The notes: generated by a model not told the origin, from the sequence alone. A stretch of DNA of 64,000 bases from an uncultured Ruficoccus sp. (GCA_965140785.1 OZ223489.1:1-64000); one strand, 5' to 3'. Positions 19,987 through 30,103 are shown, counted from the first letter of the stretch. Numbers and translations are program-made.

Positions 19987-22287
19987 GCTGCGGTTGGCGA
20001 GTTCCTTCATGCCTTTTAGGTCGAGCTTGCCAGAGCCGAGCGTGGGGATGGCTTCGACGATGCGAACCTCGCGCGGGATCCACAGGTTGGCCAGGCCGGA
20101 CTCGGAAAGCTGGCGGGCCAGCGCCTCGCGGTCGATCTTTCGGGTGGTGAGCAGGACGAGCGCCTCGCCCTTGGCCGGATCCTGGCGGGCCGAGACGGCC
20201 ACGACCGGCACTTCGCTCTCCTCCACGCCGAGGGCGCGGGCCACGGCGGCCTCCACCGTCCCGTGCGGGACCATTTCGCCACCGATCTTGGAGAAGCGCG
20301 AGAGGCGGCCCTCAATGTACAGAAAGCCGTCCGGGTCCAGCCGCCCGAGGTCACCGGTGGTGAGCCAACCGTCGTGCAGGACGGCGGCGGTCTTTTCCGG
20401 CTCGCCCAGGTAGCCCTCGAAAATATTCGGCCCCTTGAACTCGACGATCCCGGTCTGGGTCATGGGCTGGATCTCGTCCGTCTCGATGCTGCGAATGCGC
20501 GCGGCCATACCGGGGAAGAGCCGCCCGATGGAACCGGCGCGGGTGCCAATGACGCAGTCGTCGGGATTGTCCGCAAGAATGTCCGGCTCGTTGACGCCGA
20601 CCACGGGCGTGGTCTCGGTCAGGCCGTAGCCCTCCAAGTAGGAGCAGTTGGGAAACCGTTCCTCCCAGGCCTGGTGGAAACCCCGGGGCGTTTTTTCGGC
20701 CCCGGCGATGGCGATCTTGAGCGTGGCCAGGTCCTCGGCGTTCACACGCTTGAGGTACGGGCGGAAAAAGGTCGGCGTGCCCAGCAGGATGCCGCACTTC
20801 TCCTCCTTGATCGCGCGGGCCGCCAGCTTGAAGTCCAGCGGCGTGGGCGTGTACACCGTGCGCAGGCCGAACATGAGCGGCGCCCACAGGGTCACGGTAA
20901 AACCGAAGCTGTGGAAAATCGGCAGGTTGGCCAGCATCGACTCCTCCAGCGGGAAGGCCCGGCAGCGGGAGATCTGGAGGCAGTTGCCGATGATGTTGCG
21001 GTGGGAGAGGATCACGCCCTTGGGGGCGCCGTCGCTGCCACTGGTGAAGAGCACCGCCGCCTCCGCCCGGCCGCCCTTGCGCGGGACGCGGAAGAGCTTC
21101 GCCAGCAAACGCGGGGAGAGGAGATTGACCGCGGCCAGGCGCAGGACGATCCCGAGCTTGGGCATGCCCACCAGCGCGGCCTTGACGTCGATCAGGTCCT
21201 TCGTCCACGGAAACTCCGGGCACTTCTCGTCGATCTTTTCCTTGATCGGCCCGACGGTCAGGATGGTCTTGATGCCCGCCCGCTCGATACAGGCGGCGAC
21301 CGCTTCGCGCCCGAGGGTGAAGTTCAGGTTGACCGGGGTCTTCCCGGCCAGGACGACGGCGAGGTTGCCCACCACTCCGGCGATCCCCGGCGGCAGCACA
21401 AGGCCGATGCGCTTCTCGGGACAGTCGCGGCGCAGGCGCTTGGTCAGGCCCAGGGAGAGGGCGAGCAGTATGCCGCCCTTGATCGCGGTGCGCCCGACAG
21501 CCCGGTCCACCACCAGTTCCTTCATCCGGTGCTCCTTCAGGCCCAGCAGCATGCGCCAGCCCAGGTGCTCCTGAAGCTCGGGCTTTTGTTCATATGCCTC
21601 TACGCCGAGGTCGAGAATAGTCTGTCGGGCCTGGTCTGCTGTCATGGTACACGGATCGGTGGGAGCGCCCACCGTGATGTGGACGGGATAGGGGATTTTA
21701 CGGGGGAGTTTCCAGAAAAATCGTCCGCCTGCAAAGCTGAAAATCGACCCCCACAGGCCGCCCAGGCTGACCGGTACAACCGGGGCCCCGCCCCGGCGGG
21801 CGATCAACTCGAACCCGGCCTTGAACGCGCCGGTGCGACCGTCACGGCAGAGCTTGCCCTCGGGGAAGATGCCTACTACCTCGCCGCGGCGCAGGCACTC
21901 GGCGGCGGTGCGGATGGCCTCACGGGAGCGCTCGGGTGAGACCGGGATGACCCGGGCCCAGCGCAGAAACGGGCTCAGGCAGGGCACGCGCTGCAAGTAG
22001 TCCGCACTCAGGAAACGGATCGGGCGCGGGCTGACCGCCGCCAACAGCAGCGCATCGACGTAGCTGACATGGTTGCACACCAGCAGCGCCCCACCCTCGT
22101 GCGGCAGATGCTCCAGCCCGCGCACCCGCACCCGATAGAGCCGACGCATGCCCCAGAGAATGCCCCGGCGGGCCAGCCCGCCGCCCCAGGCATAGGCCAT
22201 TAGCGGCAGCCAGACCAGGACCAGCAAGACCAGCGTGCCGATGAGGAGTCCTTCGGCGGGGCGGCTCAGAAACGATAAACTTTCCAT
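19978..22287 (-). CDS. aas: Aas-like bifunctional lysophospholipid acyltransferase / acyl-ACP synthetase
   Basis: PlsC domain (NHVSYVD, IFPEG) followed by an AMP-binding domain (FTSGSDGAPKG, EGYGLTE, TGD, SRFSKIGGEMVP). Confidence 0.85.
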   Translation of the reverse strand: MESLSFLSRPAEGLLIGTLVLLVLVWLPLMAYAWGGGLARRGILWGMRRLYRVRVRGLEHLPHEGGALLVCNHVSYVDALLLAAVSPRPIRFLSADYLQRVPCLSPFLRWARVIPVSPERSREAIRTAAECLRRGEVVGIFPEGKLCRDGRTGAFKAGFELIARRGGAPVVPVSLGGLWGSIFSFAGGRFFWKLPRKIPYPVHITVGAPTDPCTMTADQARQTILDLGVEAYEQKPELQEHLGWRMLLGLKEHRMKELVVDRAVGRTAIKGGILLALSLGLTKRLRRDCPEKRIGLVLPPGIAGVVGNLAVVLAGKTPVNLNFTLGREAVAACIERAGIKTILTVGPIKEKIDEKCPEFPWTKDLIDVKAALVGMPKLGIVLRLAAVNLLSPRLLAKLFRVPRKGGRAEAAVLFTSGSDGAPKGVILSHRNIIGNCLQISRCRAFPLEESMLANLPIFHSFGFTVTLWAPLMFGLRTVYTPTPLDFKLAARAIKEEKCGILLGTPTFFRPYLKRVNAEDLATLKIAIAGAEKTPRGFHQAWEERFPNCSYLEGYGLTETTPVVGVNEPDILADNPDDCVIGTRAGSIGRLFPGMAARIRSIETDEIQPMTQTGIVEFKGPNIFEGYLGEPEKTAAVLHDGWLTTGDLGRLDPDGFLYIEGRLSRFSKIGGEMVPHGTVEAAVARALGVEESEVPVVAVSARQDPAKGEALVLLTTRKIDREALARQLSESGLANLWIPREVRIVEAIPTLGSGKLDLKGMKELANRSGA

Positions 22288-22298
22288 GCCCCTTTCAT

Positions 22299-22314
22299 TG
22301 CCCGGGGCATGCCA
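22299..22314 (-). promoter_or_regulatory. candidate sigma54 -24/-12 promoter TGGCATGCCCCGGGCA
   Basis: GG-N10-GC with TGGCA; AT-rich upstream region carrying several CGACA motifs. Confidence 0.35.
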
Positions 22315-22463
22315 AGTGAATTCACATAAAAAATGAAAAACCCATTAAGGCTTTAATGGAAAACGACATACAAACATCCGACAATTCCAGAATCGGCCCA
22401 AACACAAACAGACCTCCCAGCATAAAAAGCCGACATCTCGACAAAAAACGCACATAGCATTAC

Positions 22464-24149
22464 TCACGAATCGGCAGAAGGCGCACGCACGAGGGCAAGC
22501 TCCTGCGGCAGCAGGTCGGCGGGCTGGACCCCCTGAAGGATCTCCTGAGCCCGATCGAAACGGCCATTGGCCCGGAGGATGGCCGCGTAAACGACCCGCC
22601 ACTTGGGGGGCGTCTCGGCCCAATCGACCTCCAGCGGCTGGAGGGTGGCAAGCGCCTGCTTGAAATCGCCCAATCGGTAGTAGGCGAAGGCCAGCGTCAC
22701 GTAGTGCGCCAAGTACGGGCGCGGGCTCTCGCGAATCACCGTCAACGCCGCCTGAAGCGATTGTTGCCCTTTCTCCTTGAGCAGGAGGTTGACGTAGGCC
22801 CAGTCGTTGAGCACGGAGAGGTTGTCCGGGTAGCTCTGAGCCATGAAGTCGAGCACCTTCTGCATCCCCGCCGTAGCGTGCTCAAGCTGATAGAGCAGGA
22901 GCAGTTGCCCGCAGGCCCGGCGCTTCTGCACGGGGAACTCCGTCAGGCGCCAGAGGGCCTTGATCGCCTCGCCGTTCAGACCCAGCTTACGGGCATACTG
23001 GACGAGGTACCAGAGTTTATCCTCGTCCCGTGAGGCCTCGAGCACAGCGCGGTCCCAGGCGATTTCGCCCTCGGCCAGCTTCCCGGTCTGGAAATTGACC
23101 CGCGCGAGAAACAGGTGCTTGAGAAAGTCGTCGAGCGGCACGTTGGGGCGCTGCAGAAGCTGCCCGATCTCCGTCCACTTGCCCAACTGGGCCAGAGCGT
23201 CGAGCCGGACCAGAAAGAGGTCCTTGCGCGAAAAAGCCTCCTCGGCGGGGATGACCGAAAGCGTCTGTTCATAACGGCCCTGCTGATTGAGCCAGCGCCC
23301 CAGCTCAGCCATCTCCACGGGATTGTAGAGGTCGAAATAGCGCTTGGCTTGTGCGAGGTTGGCGTCCGCGTTGGTGTCGGAAAGCTGGTAGGCCAGGCGC
23401 AGGGCCAGCAGGCGATCCTCCCGCTCGGCCATCGGATGCTCATTGATCAGCCGGATGATCTCCAACCGCTCGGTGTCGGAGTTCTCGGTGTAGTTGGCCA
23501 GGTTGCGCAGCGAGCGAAGGCTGAGCCGGTCGTATTGGCGGGCCAGATGCCACAGGTAGTCCATCCCCTCCTTGCGCAAGTCCGGGTCGTTGGACAGCTG
23601 CGTCAATTGCACGAAGAAAAAGTGCGCCCGCTCGTCGGCAGGTTCCTGGGCCAGGGCCTTACGCGCTTCGATCAGCGCCCCGGTGAGATCCTGCTCGTGC
23701 AGCAGAACCTGCCCCCGGTAGTAGTGATAAGCCGAGTCGGTCAGGCCGCGCACGGCCATTTCCTCAAGCTGGGTTTGGGCGGTTTCGTAGTCGCCCGCTT
23801 TCAGTGCGGAGGAGACCCAGTTGCCCAGGTCGCTGTCGTCGTCGGACAGCTCGAAAGTTTTGCCCCAGAAGTCCTCCGCCTTGGCCGGATCGACTTCATT
23901 GTAAATCTGGGCCACCGTACGCACCACGTCCGGGTTCTGCGGGTCGGAGACGTAGGCACGGCGGGCACTCCCCAGAGCCCCCTCATAATCCTTTTGTCCG
24001 AGCAGGGTGCGCGCCTCGGTCACATCCTGACGGGCCGTGTACTGGCGGTAGGCGCGCATGAGCGGCCCGGCAGCGACGCCGACGGCGACCGCTCCCAGGG
24101 CCAGCAGGACCAGGAGCCAGATGAAACGTTTCTTGGATTCGGGGGTCAT
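22464..24149 (-). CDS. membrane-anchored tetratricopeptide-repeat protein
   Basis: N-terminal TM helix; repeated helical TPR-like units. Confidence 0.8.
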   Translation of the reverse strand: MTPESKKRFIWLLVLLALGAVAVGVAAGPLMRAYRQYTARQDVTEARTLLGQKDYEGALGSARRAYVSDPQNPDVVRTVAQIYNEVDPAKAEDFWGKTFELSDDDSDLGNWVSSALKAGDYETAQTQLEEMAVRGLTDSAYHYYRGQVLLHEQDLTGALIEARKALAQEPADERAHFFFVQLTQLSNDPDLRKEGMDYLWHLARQYDRLSLRSLRNLANYTENSDTERLEIIRLINEHPMAEREDRLLALRLAYQLSDTNADANLAQAKRYFDLYNPVEMAELGRWLNQQGRYEQTLSVIPAEEAFSRKDLFLVRLDALAQLGKWTEIGQLLQRPNVPLDDFLKHLFLARVNFQTGKLAEGEIAWDRAVLEASRDEDKLWYLVQYARKLGLNGEAIKALWRLTEFPVQKRRACGQLLLLYQLEHATAGMQKVLDFMAQSYPDNLSVLNDWAYVNLLLKEKGQQSLQAALTVIRESPRPYLAHYVTLAFAYYRLGDFKQALATLQPLEVDWAETPPKWRVVYAAILRANGRFDRAQEILQGVQPADLLPQELALVRAPSADS

Positions 24150-24427
24150 CGATCAGGAAAAACCACTCAAGGCAAACGGCCCGTCAATGGCAACCGCCAA
24201 CTGGACGCTTCCGTGGACGTATGCGACGGTTCACCTCCCCTATCGTCCTGTGCAGCGTTTTCATTAAACCTCCCCGTCCCGATCCGAGAAATTTATTATT
24301 TCTCCGAGAAATTTGATAATGTTAAACCGCAAAATCGTTTGCCATCCCCCTTCCCTTCCTGCACAACGTCAGTCTGAATGTAACTCCGTTTCGTCCCCAC
24401 CCATCATAGAAAACTGAAATCCAGAGC

Positions 24428-25432
24428 ATGTCCCGACCCGTCACCCTGTTCACCGGCCAGTGGGCCGATCTCCCGTTAACCAAGCTTGCCAAAGCCGCCA
24501 GCGACATGGGCTACGACGGCCTTGAGCTGGCCTGCTGGGGCGACCACTTCGACGTCTTCAAAGCGGCGAAAGATAAAAAGTACTGCGCCCAGAAACGCGC
24601 CCTGCTCAAGCGCAATAAACTGGACTGCTTCGCCATTTCCAATCACTTGGCCGGGCAACTCGTGTGCGACCCCAATGACGACGCCCGCTCCGACGGCTTC
24701 GCCCCGCCCAAGTGTGCCGGCAACTCCGAGAAAAAACGCGAGTGGGCTGTCAGCGCGATGAAGACCACCGCCAAGGCCGCCAAGAACATGGGCGTCGAGG
24801 TCGTCAACGGCTTTGTCGGCTCCTCCATTTGGCACCTGCTGTACTCCTTTCCGCCCGTCACCCCGAGCATGATCGAGGAGGGTTTCAAGTACTTCGCCGA
24901 CATGTGGAACCCGATCCTGGACGAGTTCGACAAGTGCAAGGTCAAGTTCGCCCTGGAGGTGCACCCGACCGAGATCGCCTTTGACATCGTCTCGGCTGAG
25001 CGCGCCCTGGCCGCCCTCGGCAACCGCGAGACCTTCGGCTTCAACTACGACCCCTCGCACCTCGGCTACCAGGGCGTGGATTATGTGAAGTTCATCCGCC
25101 ACTTCAAGGACCGCATCTACCACGTCCACATGAAGGACGCCTGGTGGGGCCACGGCGACGGTTCGGTCGGCGTCTTCGGTGGGCACACCGAGTTCGGCGA
25201 CCCGCACCGCTACTGGGACTTCCGCTCGCTCGGGCACGGCGACATCGCCTTCGAGGACATCATCGTCGCCCTCAACGACATCGCTTACGAGGGCCCGCTC
25301 TCGGTCGAGTGGGAGGACATCCGCATGGACCGCCTGCACGGCGCGCGCGAGTCCTGCGAGTTCGTCAAGGGCATCGACTTCAAGCCCTCGGGTGTGGCCT
25401 TCGACGCCGCCTTCGACAGCAAGAACCGGTAG
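24428..25432 (+). CDS. sugar phosphate isomerase/epimerase (xylose isomerase-like TIM barrel)
   Basis: [48 protein letters not shown]. Confidence 0.92.
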   Translation: MSRPVTLFTGQWADLPLTKLAKAASDMGYDGLELACWGDHFDVFKAAKDKKYCAQKRALLKRNKLDCFAISNHLAGQLVCDPNDDARSDGFAPPKCAGNSEKKREWAVSAMKTTAKAAKNMGVEVVNGFVGSSIWHLLYSFPPVTPSMIEEGFKYFADMWNPILDEFDKCKVKFALEVHPTEIAFDIVSAERALAALGNRETFGFNYDPSHLGYQGVDYVKFIRHFKDRIYHVHMKDAWWGHGDGSVGVFGGHTEFGDPHRYWDFRSLGHGDIAFEDIIVALNDIAYEGPLSVEWEDIRMDRLHGARESCEFVKGIDFKPSGVAFDAAFDSKNR

Positions 25433-25451
25433 TCTGCCGAAACATCGGTAA

Positions 25452-25745
25452 ATGAATACGGCCAAGATCGCCCTGCAATCGCTCGTCACCTGGGCATGCC
25501 TCGCGGCCCTGCTGTGCGCTTGCGCTGTATTCGTCGTCAAAAAGCAGTATCCCGAAGTGGTCGAATACCTCAAACCATCCCCGCCCGGAACCTACAAAAC
25601 GATTTCTTCCAATAAACTCGAAGCCTATCAGGAAGGAAAAAAAGAGTACATCCTGATCGCGCTGGGAACTGCGCTTGTGATCTCGCAAATCGCCGTCGTG
25701 CTCGCCCACACCGGCCACCGGAAAGGCTCGCCACACGCGGGCTGA
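25452..25745 (+). CDS. small two-TM hypothetical protein
   Basis: 97-aa ORF with two hydrophobic segments, lying between operon genes. Confidence 0.5.
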   Translation: MNTAKIALQSLVTWACLAALLCACAVFVVKKQYPEVVEYLKPSPPGTYKTISSNKLEAYQEGKKEYILIALGTALVISQIAVVLAHTGHRKGSPHAG

Positions 25746-25812
25746 GCCCCGCTCCCTTTTATTTTTAACCCGAACCTCTCCACTGCCCAACAACCCCAAC
25801 CCTCTTTTCATC

Positions 25813-26895
25813 ATGGCTACTAAAATCGGAATCATCGGTGCCGGTGGCATGCTCCAGTACCACGCCGCGGGCTTCCGTGCGGCGGGCGCGGAGATTGTCG
25901 CCATCGCCGACCTGAACCAGGCCGCTGCCGAGTCGGCGGCCAAGACCTGGAACATCCCCGCCGCCTACGGCTCGCCCGAGGCGATGCTGGAGGCCTGCCC
26001 GGACATCGACGGCGTCGCTGTCATCGTGCCGAACAAGTTCCACGCGCCCCTCTCCATCCAGATGCTGGAGGCGGGCAGGCACGTCTTCTGCGAAAAGCCG
26101 CCCGCCCTCAACGCCGGGGAGGTCGAGCAGATGATCGCCGCCGCCGACAAGGCTGGCAAGCGCCTCATGTTCAACTTTAACAACCGCGCCCGGCCCGAGT
26201 CCTTCGCGCTGCGCGGGTACATCGCCGACGGCACCGTGGGCACCATCAATGCAGCCCAAGCCAAATGGGTCCGCCGCACCGGCATCCCCGGCTTCGGCGG
26301 GTGGTTCACCCAGCGCGCCCTCTCCGGTGGCGGTCCGTTGATCGACCTGTTGCACATGATCGACCTGGCCATGTACTTCATGGACTTCCCCGAGCCCGCC
26401 GTCGTGCTCGCCCGCACCTTTGATGATTTCATCAACGACAAGGGCTTCAAGGGCCCCTGGGGCATCCCGGACCGCGAAGGCGTGGTCAACGACGTCGAGG
26501 CCGCCGCCCACGGCATGGTCACCTTCAAGTCCGGCCAGGTCCTGAGCCTGCAAATCTCCTGGGCCGAAATGGTCAAGCGCGAGGAGGTCTCCGTCACCTT
26601 CCAGGGCTCCAAGGCCGGGGGCAAGATCGAGCGGCTCTTCGGCGTGGACGGGGTGGACCCGACCGCGATCGACACCTGCGAGCTGTACGTGCAGGAGCAC
26701 GGCAACGCCGTCAACCGCCAGATCGTCACCCCGGTGTGTGAGGACATGGGCCGCATCCGCTCGGCGGAGAACTTCGTGTTCGCCATCGAGGGCAAGGAAG
26801 ACCCGATCAACACCCCCGATCAGGCGCTCAAGCTGATGAAGATTATCGATGCCGTTTACGCCTCGGCCAGCAGCGGCAAGGCCGTCGAACTGTAA
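25813..26895 (+). CDS. Gfo/Idh/MocA-family oxidoreductase
   Basis: IGIIGAG, PNKFH, HVFCEKP, GGGPLIDL.H. Confidence 0.92.
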   Translation: MATKIGIIGAGGMLQYHAAGFRAAGAEIVAIADLNQAAAESAAKTWNIPAAYGSPEAMLEACPDIDGVAVIVPNKFHAPLSIQMLEAGRHVFCEKPPALNAGEVEQMIAAADKAGKRLMFNFNNRARPESFALRGYIADGTVGTINAAQAKWVRRTGIPGFGGWFTQRALSGGGPLIDLLHMIDLAMYFMDFPEPAVVLARTFDDFINDKGFKGPWGIPDREGVVNDVEAAAHGMVTFKSGQVLSLQISWAEMVKREEVSVTFQGSKAGGKIERLFGVDGVDPTAIDTCELYVQEHGNAVNRQIVTPVCEDMGRIRSAENFVFAIEGKEDPINTPDQALKLMKIIDAVYASASSGKAVEL

Positions 26896-26940
26896 GCGCC
26901 ACCCACCTGGCGGCGACGTTCGCCGCTCGCATTTCCACCG

Positions 26941-26971
26941 ACTCCCGGTCTCCTCGGCCGGGAGTTTTTTT
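26941..26971 (+). terminator. intrinsic terminator
   Basis: ACTCCCGG...CCGGGAGT hairpin followed by a T-run. Confidence 0.85.
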
Positions 26972-27055
26972 ATTTGGGCAGGCAGGTGAATGGACGCCCG
27001 ACCAGCCGCTGCGTAGTGACCGGGGGATGACAGTACGGGCTTTTCGGCCCCCACC

Positions 27056-27084
27056 TTGACAGGTTCTCTAACCACGACTATAAT
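27056..27084 (+). promoter_or_regulatory. perfect-consensus sigma70 promoter TTGACA-N17-TATAAT
   Basis: TTGACA at 27056-27061, TATAAT at 27079-27084. Confidence 0.8.
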
Positions 27085-27286
27085 AGTCAGCAATGTCTGT
27101 TTACGCTGTCTTTTTCAGGACCTTGAAACGTCCCCTCCCGGGACGGACAGCTCCCTAGTTGCTTCGCACAGCAGCGCACGCGGCCTTTCTCTCCTCTGAC
27201 CCGGCATCCAGCCTTCGCGCGCCCTCCCAACGCTTTCTCTTCATAAAAAAACCACTCACTAACCAACATTAGAAACGGATACTACT

Positions 27287-27619
27287 ATGCCCACGAAAAC
27301 TGCTACCAAGGATGAACACAGCCTCGCCGCCGACCGCGACAAGCTCGTAACCGATCTCAAAATTCTCGTCGAAGACGCCAAGACGCTCACTTCCGACGCT
27401 GCCGAGACCTCGCACGAGGTTTTCAATGAAAAAGCCGCCGCGCTGCAAGCCCAGTTGAAGGAAGGCCTGGAAAAGCTCAAGGAACACGGCCAGACCGCGA
27501 AGGAAAAAGGGCAGGAAACCCTCGATAACGTGGAAAAGCTGATCAAGAAAAACCCTTGGAAATCGCTGGGCATCGCCATCCTCGCCGGGGTCATCCTTGA
27601 CCGCCTGACCCGCGACTAG
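27287..27619 (+). CDS. DUF883 (ElaB/YqjD) family protein
   Basis: LVTDLKILVEDA...KKNPWKSLGIAILAG with a C-terminal TM anchor. Confidence 0.85.
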   Translation: MPTKTATKDEHSLAADRDKLVTDLKILVEDAKTLTSDAAETSHEVFNEKAAALQAQLKEGLEKLKEHGQTAKEKGQETLDNVEKLIKKNPWKSLGIAILAGVILDRLTRD

Positions 27620-27648
27620 AGGTTAAGTCAAAAAAGTCGCTCCGGACA

Positions 27649-27720
27649 AACGCAGGCGGACGCGGACAAGGAAATAAAACTCCTCCACTCCGCGCCTGCC
27701 TCTGCGTGCCTCCGGTGGCT
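27649..27720. repeat. degenerate ladder-type inverted repeat (CGCAG/CGCGG variant)
   Basis: ACGCAGGCGGACGCGGA ... TCCGCGCCTGCCTCTGCGTGCCTCCGGTGG. Confidence 0.45.
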
Positions 27721-27759
27721 AACGATCGATCCCAAGATGCGCTAGACTCCTCCGCCCTG

Positions 27760-28137
27760 ATGAAATCCCTACAGGCTCTCGGCTCGCTGGCTGAAACACT
27801 GCTCAATATGCTCGAGTCCCGACTCGAGTTGTTCACGCTGGAGTTTCGGCTGGAGCGTGCCCGCTTCACCCTCCTGCTCACGCTGGTCGTCGTAGGTAGC
27901 GGCAGTCTCCTCCTGGCCGGGGTGGCTTTCACTGCCGGGCTGATCTGGGCGGTCCCGGCGGACTATCGACTAATCGCGCTGGGCTCCTGCATGCTGGTGT
28001 ATCTGATCGTCGCCGGCGCCTGTGCGTTATGGCTCTCCCGAATTTTCCAACGCATCGAGCTGCCCTTTCACGAGACACGCGATGAACTAAAGAAGGACGT
28101 GCAATGTTTGGTATCCGCCGCCAAAAACAAAGAATAA
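27760..28137 (+). CDS. YqjE-like (phage holin superfamily III) membrane protein
   Basis: SRLELFTLE..LER, two TM helices, PFHETRDELKKD; follows DUF883. Confidence 0.8.
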   Translation: MKSLQALGSLAETLLNMLESRLELFTLEFRLERARFTLLLTLVVVGSGSLLLAGVAFTAGLIWAVPADYRLIALGSCMLVYLIVAGACALWLSRIFQRIELPFHETRDELKKDVQCLVSAAKNKE

Positions 28138-28406
28138 CAGTGCTAAAAGAACGTCTCCGTGCCGAGAGACAGGCTGCCGGATACCATTTGCGCACGATCA
28201 TGCCGCAGGCCAAACGTGCGGCCACCATCGGCTCCATCGCGTGGGGTTTCCGCCGGGCACTGCCCCTGCTGATCCGTCCGTTGGCCTTCGGGCTGATCAA
28301 CCGTAGCATCCGCTTTCGAGGAACACGACGCCTGCTCAAGATCGCCGGCATCGCCGCCGCCGGCTTCGGCGCGTGGAAAATCTTCGGCCCCGGCGGCGAG
28401 GACTAA
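28104..28406 (+). CDS. YqjK-like small protein
   Basis: Third gene after DUF883 and YqjE; basic protein with a hydrophobic C-terminus. Confidence 0.55.
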   Translation: MFGIRRQKQRITVLKERLRAERQAAGYHLRTIMPQAKRAATIGSIAWGFRRALPLLIRPLAFGLINRSIRFRGTRRLLKIAGIAAAGFGAWKIFGPGGED

Positions 28407-28423
28407 GCCCCCTCCCCTTGCCG

Positions 28424-28729
28424 ATGGAAATCACGCCCAACTCACTTGGCATCGACCCGGAGGATGTCATTTATTGGGGCCTCAAGCTGGACGATGCCCT
28501 GCCTCTAACCGAACAAACCGGCGCGCTCAAGGAAGACCTCGCCCAGATCCACTGCGTGCAGGGCCTACTTCTGGATATCGGGTGGCACCCCTCGTTTTGC
28601 GCCGACGGCTTTTTTCGCGTGGCACTGGTCAAAACGAACAACTGGGACGAACCGCTTTACGACCAAGACGCCGCCTGTCTAAAAACCCTCCGGCGTGCCG
28701 TCCATGAAGCGCTTGATGTCGCTCGCTGA
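28424..28729 (+). CDS. hypothetical protein (toxin-immunity-like)
   Basis: Acidic ~101-aa protein with EDL..I...LLDIGW.P...G.F...LVK..NWDEP pattern. Confidence 0.55.
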   Translation: MEITPNSLGIDPEDVIYWGLKLDDALPLTEQTGALKEDLAQIHCVQGLLLDIGWHPSFCADGFFRVALVKTNNWDEPLYDQDAACLKTLRRAVHEALDVAR

Positions 28730-28753
28730 TCGCGTAGGCGTAGTTGATTTCAA

Positions 28754-30103
28754 CTACACATTTTCAATTTTTACGAGAATCTCCCCGTCCCTGAAGTCCA
28801 GGGCGAGCCGCTGGCCGGGCTCGAGCCCGTCCTTGGCCGAAACGAGACGGCCCTGCTCGTCGCGCGCCACGGCGAAGCCGCGATCAAGCGCCTTTTGCAG
28901 GCTGGCGTTCTCCAGGCGCGTGCGCAATTGATTCAGCCGCTCGCGCTGCTGGCGCAGGACGGCTGGAGCGGCACGCCCAAATCGTTCCCGGGCGGATTTG
29001 AGCTGCACGGCGGCCACCCGCAGGACGGCTTCGGGCGTATGGGTAGCCAGGCCGTGTATTGATTCTTTCAATACACTCCGGTGATCCGCCAGGAGATGCC
29101 GCAGGCTTGAGCGCAAGCGGTTGTTTAAATCGTCCAGACGCAGGCTGGCCTGCTCCAGGCGGGGCTGCGGGTGGCGTCGCTCCAAGCCGGAGCAGGCAGC
29201 ATCCAGCCGGTAGCCGAGGCGCTCAATACTTCGCTCCACTTGGTCGTGCAATTCGCGCCGGGCGTCATCGAGCCGTTCCAACATTTCCAGATAGCCGCTG
29301 CTGATCAGCTCCGCCGCCGCCGAGGGGGTCTCGGCCCGCTGATCGGCGGCGAAGTCGCTCAGGGTAAAATCGATTTCGTGCCCAACGGCGGAAATCACCG
29401 GCAGCGCGCTGGCGGCGACGGCACGTGCGACGCTCTCCTCGTTAAAGCACCACAGGTCCTCCAGACTGCCACCACCGCGCCCGACGACGAGCAGGTCGAG
29501 CCCGCCGATTTTTTCCGCTGACTCGATACCGGCCACGATCTGCGCCGCCGCACCGGCCCCTTGCACCTGCGCGGGGATGACGACGACGCGCCCCCGCCAC
29601 TGGCGGCGGGCGAGAATGCTTAAAAAGTCACGGATAGCCGCCCCCGTAGGCGAGGTGACAAAACCGATCGCGCGCGGCAGTCGCGGCAACGGACGCTTAC
29701 GCTCCGGGTCGAAGAGGCCCTCGGCGGCGAGCTTGGCCTTGAGACGCTCGAACTCCTGCTGGAGGCGTCCGGCGCCGTCGTCCATGACCACGCGACAGAT
29801 GAGCTGGTGCGTCCCGCGTGGCTCGTACACGCTGACCTGCCCGTATACCACGACCTGAAGGCCGTCACGCAGGTCCACCTGCTGCCGCAGGGCATCGCCC
29901 CGGAAGAGCACGCACGAGAGCTGGCTGCGCGCGTCCTTCAGCGTGAAGTACACGTGGCCGCTCTGCTGACGGCGCAGGTTGGAGATCTCGCCCCGCACCC
30001 AACACGGGGGCAGGTTGCTCTCCAGCAGGTCCTTGACCCGGCGGGTAAACTCGCCCACCGAGAGGATGGCATCGTCACGGGGTGTCGTCGGTGTCAGTGG
30101 CAT
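28754..30103 (-). CDS. xseA: exodeoxyribonuclease VII large subunit
   Basis: WVRGEISN, SGHVYFTLKD, TSPTGAAIRD, GRGGGSLEDLWCFN, SAVGHEID, TPSAAAE. Confidence 0.97.
   Translation of the reverse strand: MPLTPTTPRDDAILSVGEFTRRVKDLLESNLPPCWVRGEISNLRRQQSGHVYFTLKDARSQLSCVLFRGDALRQQVDLRDGLQVVVYGQVSVYEPRGTHQLICRVVMDDGAGRLQQEFERLKAKLAAEGLFDPERKRPLPRLPRAIGFVTSPTGAAIRDFLSILARRQWRGRVVVIPAQVQGAGAAAQIVAGIESAEKIGGLDLLVVGRGGGSLEDLWCFNEESVARAVAASALPVISAVGHEIDFTLSDFAADQRAETPSAAAELISSGYLEMLERLDDARRELHDQVERSIERLGYRLDAACSGLERRHPQPRLEQASLRLDDLNNRLRSSLRHLLADHRSVLKESIHGLATHTPEAVLRVAAVQLKSARERFGRAAPAVLRQQRERLNQLRTRLENASLQKALDRGFAVARDEQGRLVSAKDGLEPGQRLALDFRDGEILVKIENV

Noticed and set aside
27760..28137. Phage holin or lysis cassette
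   Set aside because: The context is the chromosomal DUF883-YqjE-YqjK arrangement, with no endolysin.
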